Below are positions 19,018-29,824 of a DNA stretch of 64,000 bases, in pieces. Under the pieces are notes generated by a model that searched no databases, had not been told where the DNA came from, and saw nothing but the letters and a program-made list of their open reading frames with translations. The stretch comes from Chloroflexota bacterium (GTDB lineage Bacteria; Chloroflexota; UBA11872; VXOZ01). The number at the start of each line of letters is the position of its first letter. Position 1 is the first letter of the stretch. Location of the stretch: assembly GCA_963662335.2 (NCBI GenBank), contig CAXXVD010000001.1, positions 160,001-224,000 on the forward strand, written 5' to 3'. A program made the translations under genes and the position numbers.

Positions 19018-20169
19018 CTAGAGAAGCCCCAGTTCGTCCGCAAGCCCGGCTGCCTGCGCCAAGACAGTATCCCGGTCGCCGCCCCGCAGGGTAACGTGCC
19101 CCACCTTGCGGCCGGGGCGCGGCGCTTTGGCGTAGAGGTGCACGTGGGCGTTGGAGGCAGCGAGCATGGCGGCGCGCTCGGGTATGTTGCCGATGAGATT
19201 GAGCATCACCGCGTGGCCGCGCGGCGCGGTCGCGCCCAGGGGCAGGCCGAGCACGGCGCGGAGATGGTTCTCGAACTGGCTGGTTTCCGCTCCCTCTATC
19301 GTCCAATGGCCGGAGTTGTGCACCCGGGGCGCCATCTCGTTGGCGAGCAAGCCGTCCCCCACTTGGAAGAGCTCGATCGCCAGCACGCCCACGTAGTCCA
19401 GCGCCGCCAGCGCGCGCCGGCCGTACGCTTCCGCTTGCGCCTGCAGGGCGGCCGGGGACTGCGTCAAAGACGACGTTGCCGGCGCGGGCGCGATAGACCG
19501 GCGCAGGATGCCGTCGTGATGGTAGTTTTCAATCAGAGGATAGAACGCCGCGCTGCCGTCTCTGCCGCGCGCGGAGATTAGCGAGACCTCTCGCTCGAAC
19601 GGCACGAACGCCTCCAGGATGAGCGGCGCCGGTTTGCCGCCTGCGCCCGCCGGCCCGCCTTGCAGCGCGTCCCAGGCCGCCTCAGCCTCGGATGGCTGGC
19701 GAATGACGCGCTGCCCCTTGCCGTCGTAGCCCAGCCGCCGTGTCTTGAGCACGGCCGGCGTCCCCAGCGCGCGCAGCGCGGTTGCCAGCGTCTCGCGGCT
19801 GTCTACGGCCTGGAAGCCGGGCGTGGGAATGCCGAGACTTTGGAAGAAGGTCTTCTCGGTCAGGCGGTCCTGGGAAGCCTCCAGGGCCGCGGGCGGCGGG
19901 TAGACCGGCACACGCTCCGCCAGAAAGCGCGCGGCGTCTACGGGCACGTTCTCAAACTCATAGGTGGCGACCGCTATCCCATCCGCAAATCGCGCCAGCG
20001 CCGCGCGTTCGTCGAAACTCGCGCCGACCACGAGTTCCGCCATCTCGCCGGCCGGCGCGGCGTCGTACGTGTCCAGCACGCGAAACCGCAGTCCCAGCGG
20101 ATACCCCGCCAGCGCCAACATGCGGCCAAGCTGCCCGCCGCCGAGGATGCCGACCGTCACGCTATTCAC
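19018..20169 (-). CDS. purK: N5-carboxyaminoimidazole ribonucleotide synthase
   Basis: '[13 protein letters not shown]', 'TYEFENVP', 'GYDGKGQ', '[14 protein letters not shown]', 'SQFENHLRA', 'RKVGHV'. Confidence 0.96.
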   Translation of the reverse strand: MNSVTVGILGGGQLGRMLALAGYPLGLRFRVLDTYDAAPAGEMAELVVGASFDERAALARFADGIAVATYEFENVPVDAARFLAERVPVYPPPAALEASQDRLTEKTFFQSLGIPTPGFQAVDSRETLATALRALGTPAVLKTRRLGYDGKGQRVIRQPSEAEAAWDALQGGPAGAGGKPAPLILEAFVPFEREVSLISARGRDGSAAFYPLIENYHHDGILRRSIAPAPATSSLTQSPAALQAQAEAYGRRALAALDYVGVLAIELFQVGDGLLANEMAPRVHNSGHWTIEGAETSQFENHLRAVLGLPLGATAPRGHAVMLNLIGNIPERAAMLAASNAHVHLYAKAPRPGRKVGHVTLRGGDRDTVLAQAAGLADELGLL

Positions 20170-20710
20170 CGCCGTTCCCACGCGAAGGGGATTCCGTCTG
20201 CGCGCTCTGCGGCTCGGGATTGGCCAGCACCTCGGCGGTGCGCCGGCGGCGGAAATCTGCATAGGCCGCGCGAAACTCTGGGTGCTTAGCGCCAAGTATG
20301 GCCGCGGCCAGCAACGCCGCATTTACCGCGCCGGCCCGGCCAATCGCCAACGTGCCCACCGGCACGCCCGCCGGCATCTGCGCGATGGAGAGAAGCGAGT
20401 CCATGCCGTTCAGCGCCCGCGACTGCACCGGCACGCCCAGCACCGGCAGGCAGGTCTTGGCCGCCGTCATGCCGGGCAGATGCGCCGCGCCGCCGGCCCC
20501 GGCAATGATCACCTCGATGCCCCGCTCCGCCGCCGTCTCGGCGTACGCGAACATCTGGTCCGGCGTCCGGTGCGCCGACACCACCCGCGCCTCATGCGGC
20601 ACCCCCAACTCTGCCAAAGTCTCAACCGCGTGGCGCATGGTCTCCCAATCGGACTGGGAGCCCATGACTATGCCGACCAGCGGCAGTGAATCGTCTCTCG
20701 ATTCTCCCAC
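20162..20710 (-). CDS. purE: N5-carboxyaminoimidazole ribonucleotide mutase
   Basis: 'GIVMGSQSD', 'SAHRTPD', '[12 protein letters not shown]', '[10 protein letters not shown]'. Confidence 0.97.
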   Translation of the reverse strand: MGESRDDSLPLVGIVMGSQSDWETMRHAVETLAELGVPHEARVVSAHRTPDQMFAYAETAAERGIEVIIAGAGGAAHLPGMTAAKTCLPVLGVPVQSRALNGMDSLLSIAQMPAGVPVGTLAIGRAGAVNAALLAAAILGAKHPEFRAAYADFRRRRTAEVLANPEPQSAQTESPSRGNGGE

Positions 20711-21113
20711 GAGTCTTCCTGCCCTTCTGCCCGTTCTTCCTAGAGTTGCATCCCTGGGTTTTCTACGACAGGAATGCCGTCGTGACAGCGAAACCAGTCA
20801 CACATCGGCCATCCGCACCGCAAAGTCCGCACTACTCCATTGTAGCGAAAACTCGTACAGCGATTTTCACCCTGGACGCCGACGCGTCTCGCTTGCAAGC
20901 AACGTTGCGCGGGATTCGCGCCGGTTTCCGCCGCAAGCCGACTCTCACGTATGCGGGGCACTTGGCGCGCGCCTGCCAAGCGTGTAAAGTAAGTACATGG
21001 CACGCCGGCAGCCCTTTGGCGAAATGTGACGTGGAGCGTGCCATTCTTTGTGGAAAATAGTCGAATGCGAACAAGCGGCACGCCGCAAGGCAACCCAGGA
21101 GATTGACGGGCGC

Positions 21114-21776
21114 ATGGCCAGACAACACGAACAGCTACAGGCGGATAGGCGCAAGACCTTTGGCAAGAAACTGCGGCGGCTGCGCCGCGACGGCATGGTG
21201 CCGGGCAACGTCTACGGCCTGGACATGAAACCGATTCCCCTCACGCTCGAAGGACGCGGTTTCATCGCCGTGCATCAGCGGGTAGGCAGCACCGGCGTCA
21301 TCGACCTGGCGGTAGACGGTGCGGATTCCCTGCCGGTGCTCGTGCAAGAGGTGCAGCACGACCCGCCCACCAGCCGCGTGCTGCACGTCAGCTTCTTGCA
21401 AGTAGACCTGACGAAGTCCATCAACGCCATGGTGCCGGTGACGGTGTTTGGCGAGTCCCCGGCGCTGGAACAGGGCGCCATCATCATCCAACACGTCAAC
21501 GAGGTGGAAGTGGCGGCGCTGCCGGACGACATCCCCGAGAGCTTTACCGTCGACGTCTCCGTATTGACGGAAATCGATCATGGCTTGGTGGTCGGCGACC
21601 TGACCGCGCCGGAGGGCGTCGCGATTCAATCCGACGCGGAAGATTTGGTCGTGCGCGCCGAACGGCCGCGCGTGGTGGAAGAAGAGACGCCTGAAGAGGA
21701 CGAAGAACTCGAAGGCGAAGAAGGCGCCGGCGAGGAAGGCGAAGAGGGCGCGGCGGAAGAGGCAAGCGAAGAGTAG
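21114..21776 (+). CDS. rplY: 50S ribosomal protein L25 / Ctc with acidic tail
   Basis: 'RRLRRDGMVPGNVYG', 'QEVQHDP...LHVSF', 'LPDDIPESFTVDVS', Glu-rich C-terminus. Confidence 0.93.
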   Translation: MARQHEQLQADRRKTFGKKLRRLRRDGMVPGNVYGLDMKPIPLTLEGRGFIAVHQRVGSTGVIDLAVDGADSLPVLVQEVQHDPPTSRVLHVSFLQVDLTKSINAMVPVTVFGESPALEQGAIIIQHVNEVEVAALPDDIPESFTVDVSVLTEIDHGLVVGDLTAPEGVAIQSDAEDLVVRAERPRVVEEETPEEDEELEGEEGAGEEGEEGAAEEASEE

Positions 21777-21840
21777 GCGTTGCCCCGGCCCCGCCGCCGC
21801 GTCGCAGCCGCACGCATAACCGTACCGGGGAGCACTGCCC

Positions 21841-22744
21841 GTGGCGAGCGCCCTCAGCGTTGACCGCGTCAAGAAAGTCTACGGCCGCGCCACCGTGGTC
21901 GATGACGTCTCGTTCTCCCTGGAGCCGCAAGAGATTCTGGGTCTCGTCGGCCCCAACGGCGCCGGCAAGACTACCACCATTCGCATGGCGCTGGACATCA
22001 TCCGGCCCGATTCGGGTGCGGTGGCGCTATTTCGGCGGCCCGCCCACGCGGCAAGCGCTGCGACGGGTCGGCTATCTGCCCGAGGAGCGCGGCCTCTACC
22101 AGAAGTCGGGCTTGACCGACGTCCTTCGCTACCTGGGGCGGCTCAAGGGACTCAGCGCCAAGGCCGCCCAAGCCCGCACCGACGCCATGCTGCAACGGGT
22201 CGGCCTCTACGAGCACCGCGCCAAGAAGGTGCAGGCGCTCTCACGCGGCATGAACCAGCTTGCCCAGTTCGCCAGCGCGCTCCTGCATCAGCCGGACCTC
22301 GTGATTCTCGATGAGCCGTTCTCCGGCCTCGACCCCATCAACGTGCAGGTGATGAAGGAGATCATCCACGAGCAACAGCAGCGCGGCGCGGCCATCATCT
22401 TCAGTTCCCACAACATGGAAGACGTGGAGGAGATGTGCGAGCGGGTCGTGCTCGTCAGCGGCGGGGCCGTGCTGCTCTACGGCGCGCTCGACGAACTGAA
22501 GCGGGCGCGCGGCGTCCAGACCATCCGCGTCAGCGCGCCGCGCCAACCGGCGGACGTCCCCGGCGCCAGCCAATCCACGGTCAAGGAAGGCCGGTTCGAG
22601 TATCTCTTGACAGACGGTTCGGACCCAAACGCCGTGCTCCGCGCCTTCCTGGAGGGCGGCATTCCGGTGGAGCGGTTCGAGGTCGCGTTGCCCTCGTTGC
22701 GCGACATGTTCATCGAAGAGGTGAGCCGTGCCCGCAACGCTTGA
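21841..22744 (+). CDS. ABC transporter ATP-binding protein (NatA/YhaQ-like), +1 frameshift near 22031
   Basis: Walker A 'GPNGAGKTT' in one frame; 'GYLPEERGLY', 'LSRGM', 'ILDEPFSGLDP', 'SSH' in the next; one extra T in CTATTTCGGC. Confidence 0.88.
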
Positions 22745-24002
22745 CGGCGTCCGCATCGTCTTCGGCCACGAGTTTCGCAAGCAGATCGGCGGCAAGGGCT
22801 TTCTCATCGCCACGCTGGCGATTCCGGTACTGCTCGTCCTCATTTGGATCGCCATTCCGGTGATTAGAGGGTTTGCGGACGGCGACGACGCGGATGCCGC
22901 GGGCAGCGCCGCCGGTACCCCGGCAAACGAGGCCGGCCAAGACGCTGCCAGCGCCCCCGCCGGCATCGTCATGCAGGCGCGCGGCCTCGCCGTAGACTTT
23001 TCCCCGTATCCGGAGTTTCGGGTCTACGCCGAGACGGCGGCGGGCTTGGCAGACGTGAAAGCCGGAGAGATCAACGAACTCTTCGTACTCTTGCCCGATT
23101 ACGTGGCAAACGGCCGCGTGGAGCACTACTACACGGAAGACGCGGGTGACGGTGCGCAGCGCCTGCGCCTCATCTTGCGCGACGCGCTCTTGGGCGAGAC
23201 GCAGTCGCCCGCGCACCGGCAGCGGGCGCTTGACCGTCCGCAATTCCAGCGCTTTACGGTAACGGCAGACGGGGAAGTCTCTGCGGAGAGCGGCCTCGCC
23301 GTCGCCGTCTCCTTCTTGATCGGGCAAGGATTCGCCATCGCGCTGATCTTCAGCCTCATTGCCTACGGCACCATTCTGCTCCAGACCGTTTCCGAAGAGA
23401 AAGAGAACCGCATGGTGGAGGTGCTGCTCACCTCCGCCACGCCGCTGGCCGTCATGACGGGCAAGGTGCTGGCGCTGGGCCTGGCCGGCCTCATGCAGAT
23501 GTCGGTGTGGATCGCCGCAGTCGTGCTCATCGTGCCCCGGTTCGCGGGCGTGCTGCCGGACATGGACGGCATACCCATCGACGTGGGCTTGCTGCTGCTC
23601 GTGCTGGCGTTCTTCTTGGCCGGGTACGCGATTGCGGCGGCGCTCCTGGCCGGCATTGGCGCCGCTACCACCTCGGCCACGGAAGCGGGGCCGCTTTCCG
23701 CCCTTGTCATCATTCCGTTGGCCGCGCCCTTCTACGCGATGCCGCTCTTTCTCAGTTCCCCGGACCACTGGCTGCCGCGTTTGCTCTCGTTCCTGCCCGT
23801 CACGGCCGCCACGTCGATGCTGTTGCGCCTGGCGACGAGCCGCGTGGCGCCAGGTGAAGTCGCGCTCAGCCTCGGCCTGATGCTGGTCACGGCGGCGCTC
23901 CTGCTCTGGCTGGCGAGCCGCATCTTCCGCGCCGGCCTGCTGCTCTACGGCCAGCGCATGAGCCTGCGGGCGGCCTGGGCCGCGCTGCGTTACGGCGGCT
24001 AG
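22728..24002 (+). CDS. ABC-2 type transporter permease (NatB/YhaP-like) 1
   Basis: 'EEKENRMVEVLLTS...GKVL' motif; multiple TM segments. Confidence 0.9.
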   Translation: MPATLDGVRIVFGHEFRKQIGGKGFLIATLAIPVLLVLIWIAIPVIRGFADGDDADAAGSAAGTPANEAGQDAASAPAGIVMQARGLAVDFSPYPEFRVYAETAAGLADVKAGEINELFVLLPDYVANGRVEHYYTEDAGDGAQRLRLILRDALLGETQSPAHRQRALDRPQFQRFTVTADGEVSAESGLAVAVSFLIGQGFAIALIFSLIAYGTILLQTVSEEKENRMVEVLLTSATPLAVMTGKVLALGLAGLMQMSVWIAAVVLIVPRFAGVLPDMDGIPIDVGLLLLVLAFFLAGYAIAAALLAGIGAATTSATEAGPLSALVIIPLAAPFYAMPLFLSSPDHWLPRLLSFLPVTAATSMLLRLATSRVAPGEVALSLGLMLVTAALLLWLASRIFRAGLLLYGQRMSLRAAWAALRYGG

Positions 24003-24070
24003 AATGCGCCAGATTCACAGAAAATGGCCGTACCGGCACAACGCGCCAGGTAGGCGGAGGGCCTAGGAAC

Positions 24071-25330
24071 ATGCGGCAACTCTGGGCCGAAATGAGGATC
24101 GTCCTTGCGGAAGAAGTGCGCCGGCAGATCCGCCGCAAGCAGTTTCTCCTCGTCACCTTTGCGCCGGTGGCTATCCTGCTTGTGCTCGCACTGGCCGTGC
24201 CGCTCATTCGCGGCTTCTCCGGCGGCGACGGCGCAAGCACAGCCGCCGCGGACGGCGGCAGAGTAATCGCCGTCGTCAACCTCGCATCAGACCTCACGTT
24301 CGCGCCGCCGGAATCCGCCGCCATAGAGACATTTGCCGACCGCCAGGCCGGTATTGCCGCGTTGCAGGCAGGCGAGGTTGACGATCTCTTCATCATTCCC
24401 GCGGACTTCCTGCAAACCGGCCGCATCGAGTGGTTGCACGCGGACGAGGGCTTGAGCAGCCTCATCGCCGGGGACGAGAGCGAAGACCGCATGAGAGCGC
24501 TCGTGCTGCAAGCGCTAACGTCGGACGAACTCTCCGCAGGCCGCCTCGCGCGCCTGCGAAACCCCCTGAACCTGTCCGCCTACAAGGTGCTGCCGGACGG
24601 AAGCGTAGCGGCAGAAGAGGACGGCGACTTCATCACGTTCTTCTCCGTGCCGTTCCTGTTGTCGTGGCTCATGATCATGGCGATCTACATGGTGAGTGGC
24701 ACGCTGTTGCAAAGCGTTTCCGAAGAGAAAGAGAATCGCGTCGTGGAGGTGCTCATCACGTCGGTGTCGCCGCTGGCCTTGATGACCGGCAAGGTGCTCG
24801 GCCTGGGGGCAACGGGCCTGCTGCAAGTGGGCATTTGGCTAGCCGCCGCGGCCGTACTTGTGCCCCGGATCGTTTCCGCCTTTCCCAACTTGGGCGACCT
24901 GACGGTGGCGCCGGCGTTGGCAGCCGCGCTCGTGCTCTTCTTCCTGGCCGGGTACTTCGTCTTTGCCGTGGTGATGGCAGCCATCAGCGCGGCTACGGTT
25001 TCGGCCCGCGAGGCGTCGTCGCTCTCGAGCGTCGTCCTCCTGCCGGCCCTCGCGCCGCTCATCCTCGCCTCGTTGATCTCGCTGACGCCCAACGGCGCGC
25101 TCGCGCGCATCTTAACCTTCATCCCCTTTACCGCTCCCGCCACGATGATGATTCGCCTCGGCGTGACCGACGTGGGGCTTTGGGAGATCGCGCTCAGCCT
25201 GGGCGTCACCATCGCGAGCGGGCTGGCGTTTCTGTGGCTCGCGGCGCGGGTCTTCCGCGCGGGCATCCTGACGTACGGCCAGCGTATGACCCTGCGCCGC
25301 CTGTGGCTGGCCGTGCGCTACGCGGACTAG
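24071..25330 (+). CDS. ABC-2 type transporter permease (NatB/YhaP-like) 2
   Basis: 'EEKENRVVEVLITS...GKVL', 'IPFTAP', 'RVFRAGIL'. Confidence 0.9.
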   Translation: MRQLWAEMRIVLAEEVRRQIRRKQFLLVTFAPVAILLVLALAVPLIRGFSGGDGASTAAADGGRVIAVVNLASDLTFAPPESAAIETFADRQAGIAALQAGEVDDLFIIPADFLQTGRIEWLHADEGLSSLIAGDESEDRMRALVLQALTSDELSAGRLARLRNPLNLSAYKVLPDGSVAAEEDGDFITFFSVPFLLSWLMIMAIYMVSGTLLQSVSEEKENRVVEVLITSVSPLALMTGKVLGLGATGLLQVGIWLAAAAVLVPRIVSAFPNLGDLTVAPALAAALVLFFLAGYFVFAVVMAAISAATVSAREASSLSSVVLLPALAPLILASLISLTPNGALARILTFIPFTAPATMMIRLGVTDVGLWEIALSLGVTIASGLAFLWLAARVFRAGILTYGQRMTLRRLWLAVRYAD

Positions 25331-25353
25331 CTTGACCTGCCACCCGTTCGTCC

Positions 25354-25649
25354 CAATACTGTCGCATTAACGTAGCGCGGGGGCTTGTCCCCCGCCTGGG
25401 CCATTGAAACTGACACACAAAAGAATGACCTGACAGCTTCGCAGGTTACAAACCTGCGCTACCGGGGATTTAGGAGGCGAGTTTTGCCGCCGTTCTGTTT
25501 AGTGCGACAGCATTGGGCCTTGTCCCCCGCCTGAGCAAGAGAAAAGGACACACAAAGGATTGACCCTACAGATCGCAGGTTGCAAACCTGCGTTACCTGA
25601 GATGTGAGACGTGATTCTCATTGCCATTACGTTTAATGCGACAGCATTG
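25354..25649. mobile_element. MITE-like composite element with ~17 bp terminal inverted repeats and a duplicated internal unit
   Basis: CAATACTGTCGCATTAA (25354) is the inverse of TTAATGCGACAGCATTG (25633-25649) at 16/17; internal right end at 25499-25515; two REP hairpins per unit; no transposase. Confidence 0.65.
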
Positions 25650-25720
25650 CCCGCTTGTCCTGACCCTACCGCCGCTTGTCCTGACCCTGTCGCCCGTTCG
25701 TCCTGAGCCTGTCGAAGGGC
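25650..25720. repeat. CCGTTCGTCCTGAGCCTGTCGAAGG-family repeat with short tandem partial copies
   Basis: CCGCTTGTCCTGACCCT twice, then the full motif at ~25694; relatives at 47391-47510 and 62702. Confidence 0.65.
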
Positions 25721-25749
25721 AAACGGAGCGACGGCGCCGCCGAGCCGCG

Positions 25750-25944
25750 GGTTGACAGGTGAAGCGCGCGTGTGGTTAATTGAATGCCGTGCGCAAAGCC
25801 CTTGCGCGCAGACCGGCGCTCCCCAACCATTTTCGTCCGCAGTTTTCGCGGCGCATCAGGCGCTTTTGCGTTCAAGTCAGGGTGGCGGGCCAAGAGAGCG
25901 CTCCGCGCCGAACGGTTGACACGTGTAGCGGTAGTGTGGTTAAC
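25750..25944 (+). promoter_or_regulatory. Two tandem promoter-like motifs GGTTGACA-N13-TGTGGTTAA
   Basis: Copies at 25750 and 25914, 164 bp apart, 25/30 identical. Confidence 0.5.
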
Positions 25945-26084
25945 TGGAATTCGCGGCCTGCATACTTGACCTTTGTGGTACGGTCATTGCCCCAAAGGTA
26001 CCCCACGTAGCATGAGGAGATATGTACAGGCGCCTAGCAGTTTTCCCGGTCCTGCGGCCTAGACCCGTGAGGTAAGTCTGGGCC

Positions 26085-28133
26085 TTAGCACTTTTCCCCG
26101 CGCCGAATTCCGGCGCTGGCGCCGCGTCTACGGCCCGCAGCCGTGCCGGCGCCTTGCGGCCTCGTTTCCGGCGCGCGCCGGTGCACGTGCACCATCAACA
26201 CCGCCACGTCCGCCGGTGTCACGCCCGCGATGCGCGCCGCCTGTCCCAACGTGCGCGGTTGGAATTGCGCCAGTTTCTGCCGCGCCTCCACACGGAGGGA
26301 GGGCAAACGGTCGTAGTCCACGTCTACCGGCAAGGGGGTGGATTCCATGCGCGCCAGTTTGCGCACCTGGGCCTGCTGGCGTTCCACGTAGCCCGCGTAG
26401 CGCGCCTCAAGTTCGACCTGCGCCACAACCTCCGGTTCCAGCGCCGCCACCTGTTCATCCATGAGTCCCGCCACCACCGCGTAGCGTGCGTGGGGCCGCT
26501 GCAGCAGGCTCAGCGCCTGCGTCCGGCCGCGGATTGGCTGCACGCCGGCCTCCGCCAAGACACGGTTCGTGCGCGGCGATGGGGTAAGCCAAAGGCTGCG
26601 CAGACGCTCCAACGTGCGCTCTATCTGCTCGCCCTTCGCCATCACGCGCGCATATCGCTCCCGGCTGATCAGGCCGACCTCGTAGCCCAAGGGCGTTAGG
26701 CGCAGGTCGGCGTTGTCGTGCCGCAGCAGCAGCCGGTACTCCGCGCGGGACGTGAACAGGCGGTAGGGTTCCCGGTGCTCCTGGCTCACCAGATCGTCCA
26801 GCATGACGCCGATGTAGGCTTGGTCGCGCCTGAGCACGAGGGGCGGCTTCTCCCGCGCGCGCCGCGCGGCGTTGATGCCGGCGATGAGGCCCTGCGCCGC
26901 CGCTTCCTCATAGCCCGAGGTGCCGTTGATCTGTCCGGCAAAGTAGAGGCCGGCCACCGCTTTCGCCTCCAGTGTCACCGCGGTCTGGTCGGTGATCACG
27001 TGGTCGTACTCCACGGCGTAGCCGTGGCGCGCGATCTCGGCGCGGCGCAGCGCGGGGATGGTGCGCAGCATTGCCGCCTGCACGTCTTCCGGCAGGCTGG
27101 TATTCGCGCCCTGCACGTACACCTCATGCGTGGTGAAGCCCTCCGGCTCCAGGAAGAGTTGGTGGGAATCCTTGTGGCCGAAGCGCACGACCTTGTCCTC
27201 GATGGAGGGACAGTAGCGCGGCCCGGCGCCCGTGATGGCGCCGTTGAACATAGGCGCGCGGTGGAGATTCTCGCGTATGACGGCGTGGGTAGCCGGGTTG
27301 GTATGCGTCAAGTAGCAGACCATCTGCCGCCGCCAGGGTGTTTCGGTCTGAAACGGGTAGACCGGGTCCGGCTCATCACGCCAGATTTCTTCTTCATCGA
27401 TGGGAAGGAAAGAAAAACGCAGCGGCTGCGGTGAACCGGGTTGCGGCGTGGTGAGCGCAAAGTCGATGCTCTCGGCCAGGACGCGCGGCGGCGTGCCGGT
27501 CTTCAGGCGGCGCAAGCGAAATCCCAGTCGCCGCAATGCACGCGAGAGGCCCTGCGCCGGCGCTTCGCCCGCGCGCCCGCCACCGACGCGCTTCTCGCCC
27601 GTGATCAGGATGCCCTGCAAGAAGGTGCCGGTGGTGAGCACGACGGTCTGGGCGCGGAACGTGTCCCCGGCTTGGGTTCGCACCCCGGTGATTTGTCGGC
27701 GGCCGCCGGACGTCTCGCGCGTGGCCAGGTCGTCAACCAAACCGTCGTGGATGGTCAGGTTTGCTTGGTTCTCCAGCGCCTGGCGCATGGAGCGCGCGTA
27801 GAGATGCTTGTCGCACTGGGCGCGCAGCGCCTGTACCGCCGGCCCCTTGCTGCTGTTCAGCAGGCGGATCTGAATCAAAGTGCGGTCGGTATTGCGGCCC
27901 ATCTCGCCGCCCAGGGCGTCGATCTCCCGCACCAGGTGACCCTTGGCCGGGCCGCCAATCGAGGGATTGCAGGGCATGAAGGCGATGCGGTCCCGGTCGC
28001 CGGTCACGACCAACGTCGCACACCCCATGCGCGCCGCCGCCAAGGCCGCCTCGCAGCCGGCGTGGCCCGCGCCCACCACAATCACGTCGTAGCGCGTTTG
28101 CGTGTGCCCTCCCGGGCGCGCATGTTCGTCCAT
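26085..28133 (-). CDS. mnmG: tRNA uridine-5-carboxymethylaminomethyl(34) synthesis enzyme MnmG (GidA)
   Basis: '[10 protein letters not shown]', '[13 protein letters not shown]', 'KTGTPPR', '[11 protein letters not shown]', '[17 protein letters not shown]'. Confidence 0.97.
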   Translation of the reverse strand: MDEHARPGGHTQTRYDVIVVGAGHAGCEAALAAARMGCATLVVTGDRDRIAFMPCNPSIGGPAKGHLVREIDALGGEMGRNTDRTLIQIRLLNSSKGPAVQALRAQCDKHLYARSMRQALENQANLTIHDGLVDDLATRETSGGRRQITGVRTQAGDTFRAQTVVLTTGTFLQGILITGEKRVGGGRAGEAPAQGLSRALRRLGFRLRRLKTGTPPRVLAESIDFALTTPQPGSPQPLRFSFLPIDEEEIWRDEPDPVYPFQTETPWRRQMVCYLTHTNPATHAVIRENLHRAPMFNGAITGAGPRYCPSIEDKVVRFGHKDSHQLFLEPEGFTTHEVYVQGANTSLPEDVQAAMLRTIPALRRAEIARHGYAVEYDHVITDQTAVTLEAKAVAGLYFAGQINGTSGYEEAAAQGLIAGINAARRAREKPPLVLRRDQAYIGVMLDDLVSQEHREPYRLFTSRAEYRLLLRHDNADLRLTPLGYEVGLISRERYARVMAKGEQIERTLERLRSLWLTPSPRTNRVLAEAGVQPIRGRTQALSLLQRPHARYAVVAGLMDEQVAALEPEVVAQVELEARYAGYVERQQAQVRKLARMESTPLPVDVDYDRLPSLRVEARQKLAQFQPRTLGQAARIAGVTPADVAVLMVHVHRRAPETRPQGAGTAAGRRRGASAGIRRGEKC

Positions 28134-28193
28134 AGATTTTTTCCGTAAGCCCGCTTCGCGCGCGGCGCAAGGAGTGCGAAACCGGTTCCCGCG

Positions 28194-28823
28194 CTAGAGG
28201 GCGCGCAACGCGCGCGCGGCGGCTTCCACGTCCGCAGCCCCCACAACCGCAGAGACCACCGCAATGCCGTCCGCCCCCGCGGCCAACACGGCCGCCGCGT
28301 TCTCCGCCGTAATGCCGCCAATGCCCACCAGCGGAATGCCGGGCGCGGCCTGCCGCAGCGCGCCGAGAATCGCCGGCCCTACGGCCGCGCCCGCGTCGCG
28401 CTTCGTGCGCGTGGCATACATCGGCCCCACGCCCACGTAGTCCGGCTGCCCGGGCACGACGTCCCGCAACTCCTGGAGATTGCCTGCCGACGCGCCGATG
28501 ATGGCGCTCTCGCCCAGCAGTTTGCGGGCCGCCGGAAGCGGCAGGTCGTCCTGGCCCAGATGTACGCCGTCCGCGCCGCACGCCCAGGCAATGTCCACCC
28601 GGTCGTTGACGATGAAAGGCACGCGGGCCGCGCGGCAAAGCGCCGCCAGCGCCTCCGCCGCGGCCAGCAGGGCCCGGTCCGGCGAGCGCTTGTCACGCAA
28701 TTGCAGCATGGTCGCGCCGCCGGCGAGCGCCTGGCGCGCAACTTCCAGCAGAGGGCGCTCGCCCGCGACTGCCGGATCGAGCACCACGTAGAGGCGAAGG
28801 TCGAATGGGCGCTTACTGCTCAT
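28194..28823 (-). CDS. thiE: Thiamine-phosphate synthase
   Basis: 'LQLRDK', 'IVNDRVD', 'GVHLGQDD', 'GPMYATRTK', 'GIGGI', 'AVVSAV'. Confidence 0.94.
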   Translation of the reverse strand: MSSKRPFDLRLYVVLDPAVAGERPLLEVARQALAGGATMLQLRDKRSPDRALLAAAEALAALCRAARVPFIVNDRVDIAWACGADGVHLGQDDLPLPAARKLLGESAIIGASAGNLQELRDVVPGQPDYVGVGPMYATRTKRDAGAAVGPAILGALRQAAPGIPLVGIGGITAENAAAVLAAGADGIAVVSAVVGAADVEAAARALRAL

Positions 28824-29047
28824 GGGTGGCGGAGCCGGCGCGCGGGCATCTCTCGTTGCACTACGTTGCGCCGCGCCGTGCCCGTAGCTTGCAGTATAGC
28901 ACTCTCGGCGGGGCGGGAGCGCCGCGCCGCTCACATACGAAAAGACGGCGCATTCGTCAATCGTTTCGTTGTGGACGCGTAGTCGATGTGCTACACTAAT
29001 GTGAACGCGGCGGGATGCCTGGTTGCGGAAAGCGGCAAAGCAAGCGT

Positions 29048-29824
29048 ATGGCTCTCACAATCGCCTGTGCCAACCAGAAGGGCGGGGTTGGCAAGACGAC
29101 GACGACTGCCAACCTGAGCGCGACACTCGCACGGATGGGTAAGCGCGTACTGGCGGTTGACATGGACGCCCAGGCCAATCTAACCGCCCACTTCGGCATG
29201 GAGCGCGAATTGCAAGCATCCGTCGCAAGCGCTCTGCGCGAGCGCCAGGCGGACCTCGCCATCTACCGCGTCGAGGATGATAGAGGCGCGTCGGTAGACG
29301 TCGTGCCCGCGTCATTAGAGCTTGCCAGCGTGGAGTTTCAACTGACGGCCGTCATTGGCCGCGAACTGCGCTTGCGCGAACACCTGGCCCGCGTCCAGGA
29401 TCACTATGACTTCATCTTCGTCGATACGCCTCCCTCGCTCGGTCTGCTCACCGTGAACGCGCTGGTGGCGGCAGACCGCGTGATCATTCCCACCGAAGCC
29501 CGCTTCTTCTCCCTCCAGGGTTTGTACATGCTGGAGGAGACTATCGCGGAGGTGACGTCGCTGAACCCGAAGCTCGAGATACTCGGCGTGCTGCTGAGCA
29601 AGTACGATCGCCGGCTCCGCGAAGAACAGGCGGTGTGGCAGTACCTTCACGAGCGGTGGGGCGACCGCGTCTTTACCACGGAGATCGGCATAAACAGCAA
29701 GATCCTGGAAGCCGCGTCGGCCGGCGTCTCGGTGGTTTCCTACAGCGGCGCCAGAAAAGCGGTGGATACGTATCAACTGCTAGCCAGAGAGGTGTTGGAC
29801 CGTGTCGAAGAGGCCCGGCTTTGA
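29048..29824 (+). CDS. ParA/Soj-family ATPase
   Basis: Deviant Walker A 'NQKGGVGKTT', 'DMDAQANLT', 'DTPPSLGLLTVNAL'. Confidence 0.92.
   Translation: MALTIACANQKGGVGKTTTTANLSATLARMGKRVLAVDMDAQANLTAHFGMERELQASVASALRERQADLAIYRVEDDRGASVDVVPASLELASVEFQLTAVIGRELRLREHLARVQDHYDFIFVDTPPSLGLLTVNALVAADRVIIPTEARFFSLQGLYMLEETIAEVTSLNPKLEILGVLLSKYDRRLREEQAVWQYLHERWGDRVFTTEIGINSKILEAASAGVSVVSYSGARKAVDTYQLLAREVLDRVEEARL

Noticed and set aside
22020-22040. Programmed ribosomal frameshift in the ABC ATPase
   Set aside because: No slippery heptamer or stimulator; a single extra T in a short T run fits a sequencing error.
25780-26010. Short ORFs (76 aa and 61 aa) in the intergenic region
   Set aside because: TTG or weak starts, no RBS, low-complexity Arg/Ala composition, and they overlap the promoter-like motifs.
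28824-29047. TPP riboswitch upstream of thiE
   Set aside because: No CTGAGA or ACCTGAT...AGCG.AGGGA core on the minus strand.
29048-29824. Chromosomal parAB partition locus
   Set aside because: No parB follows and no parS palindrome (GTTTCACGTGAAAC) was seen in the window.
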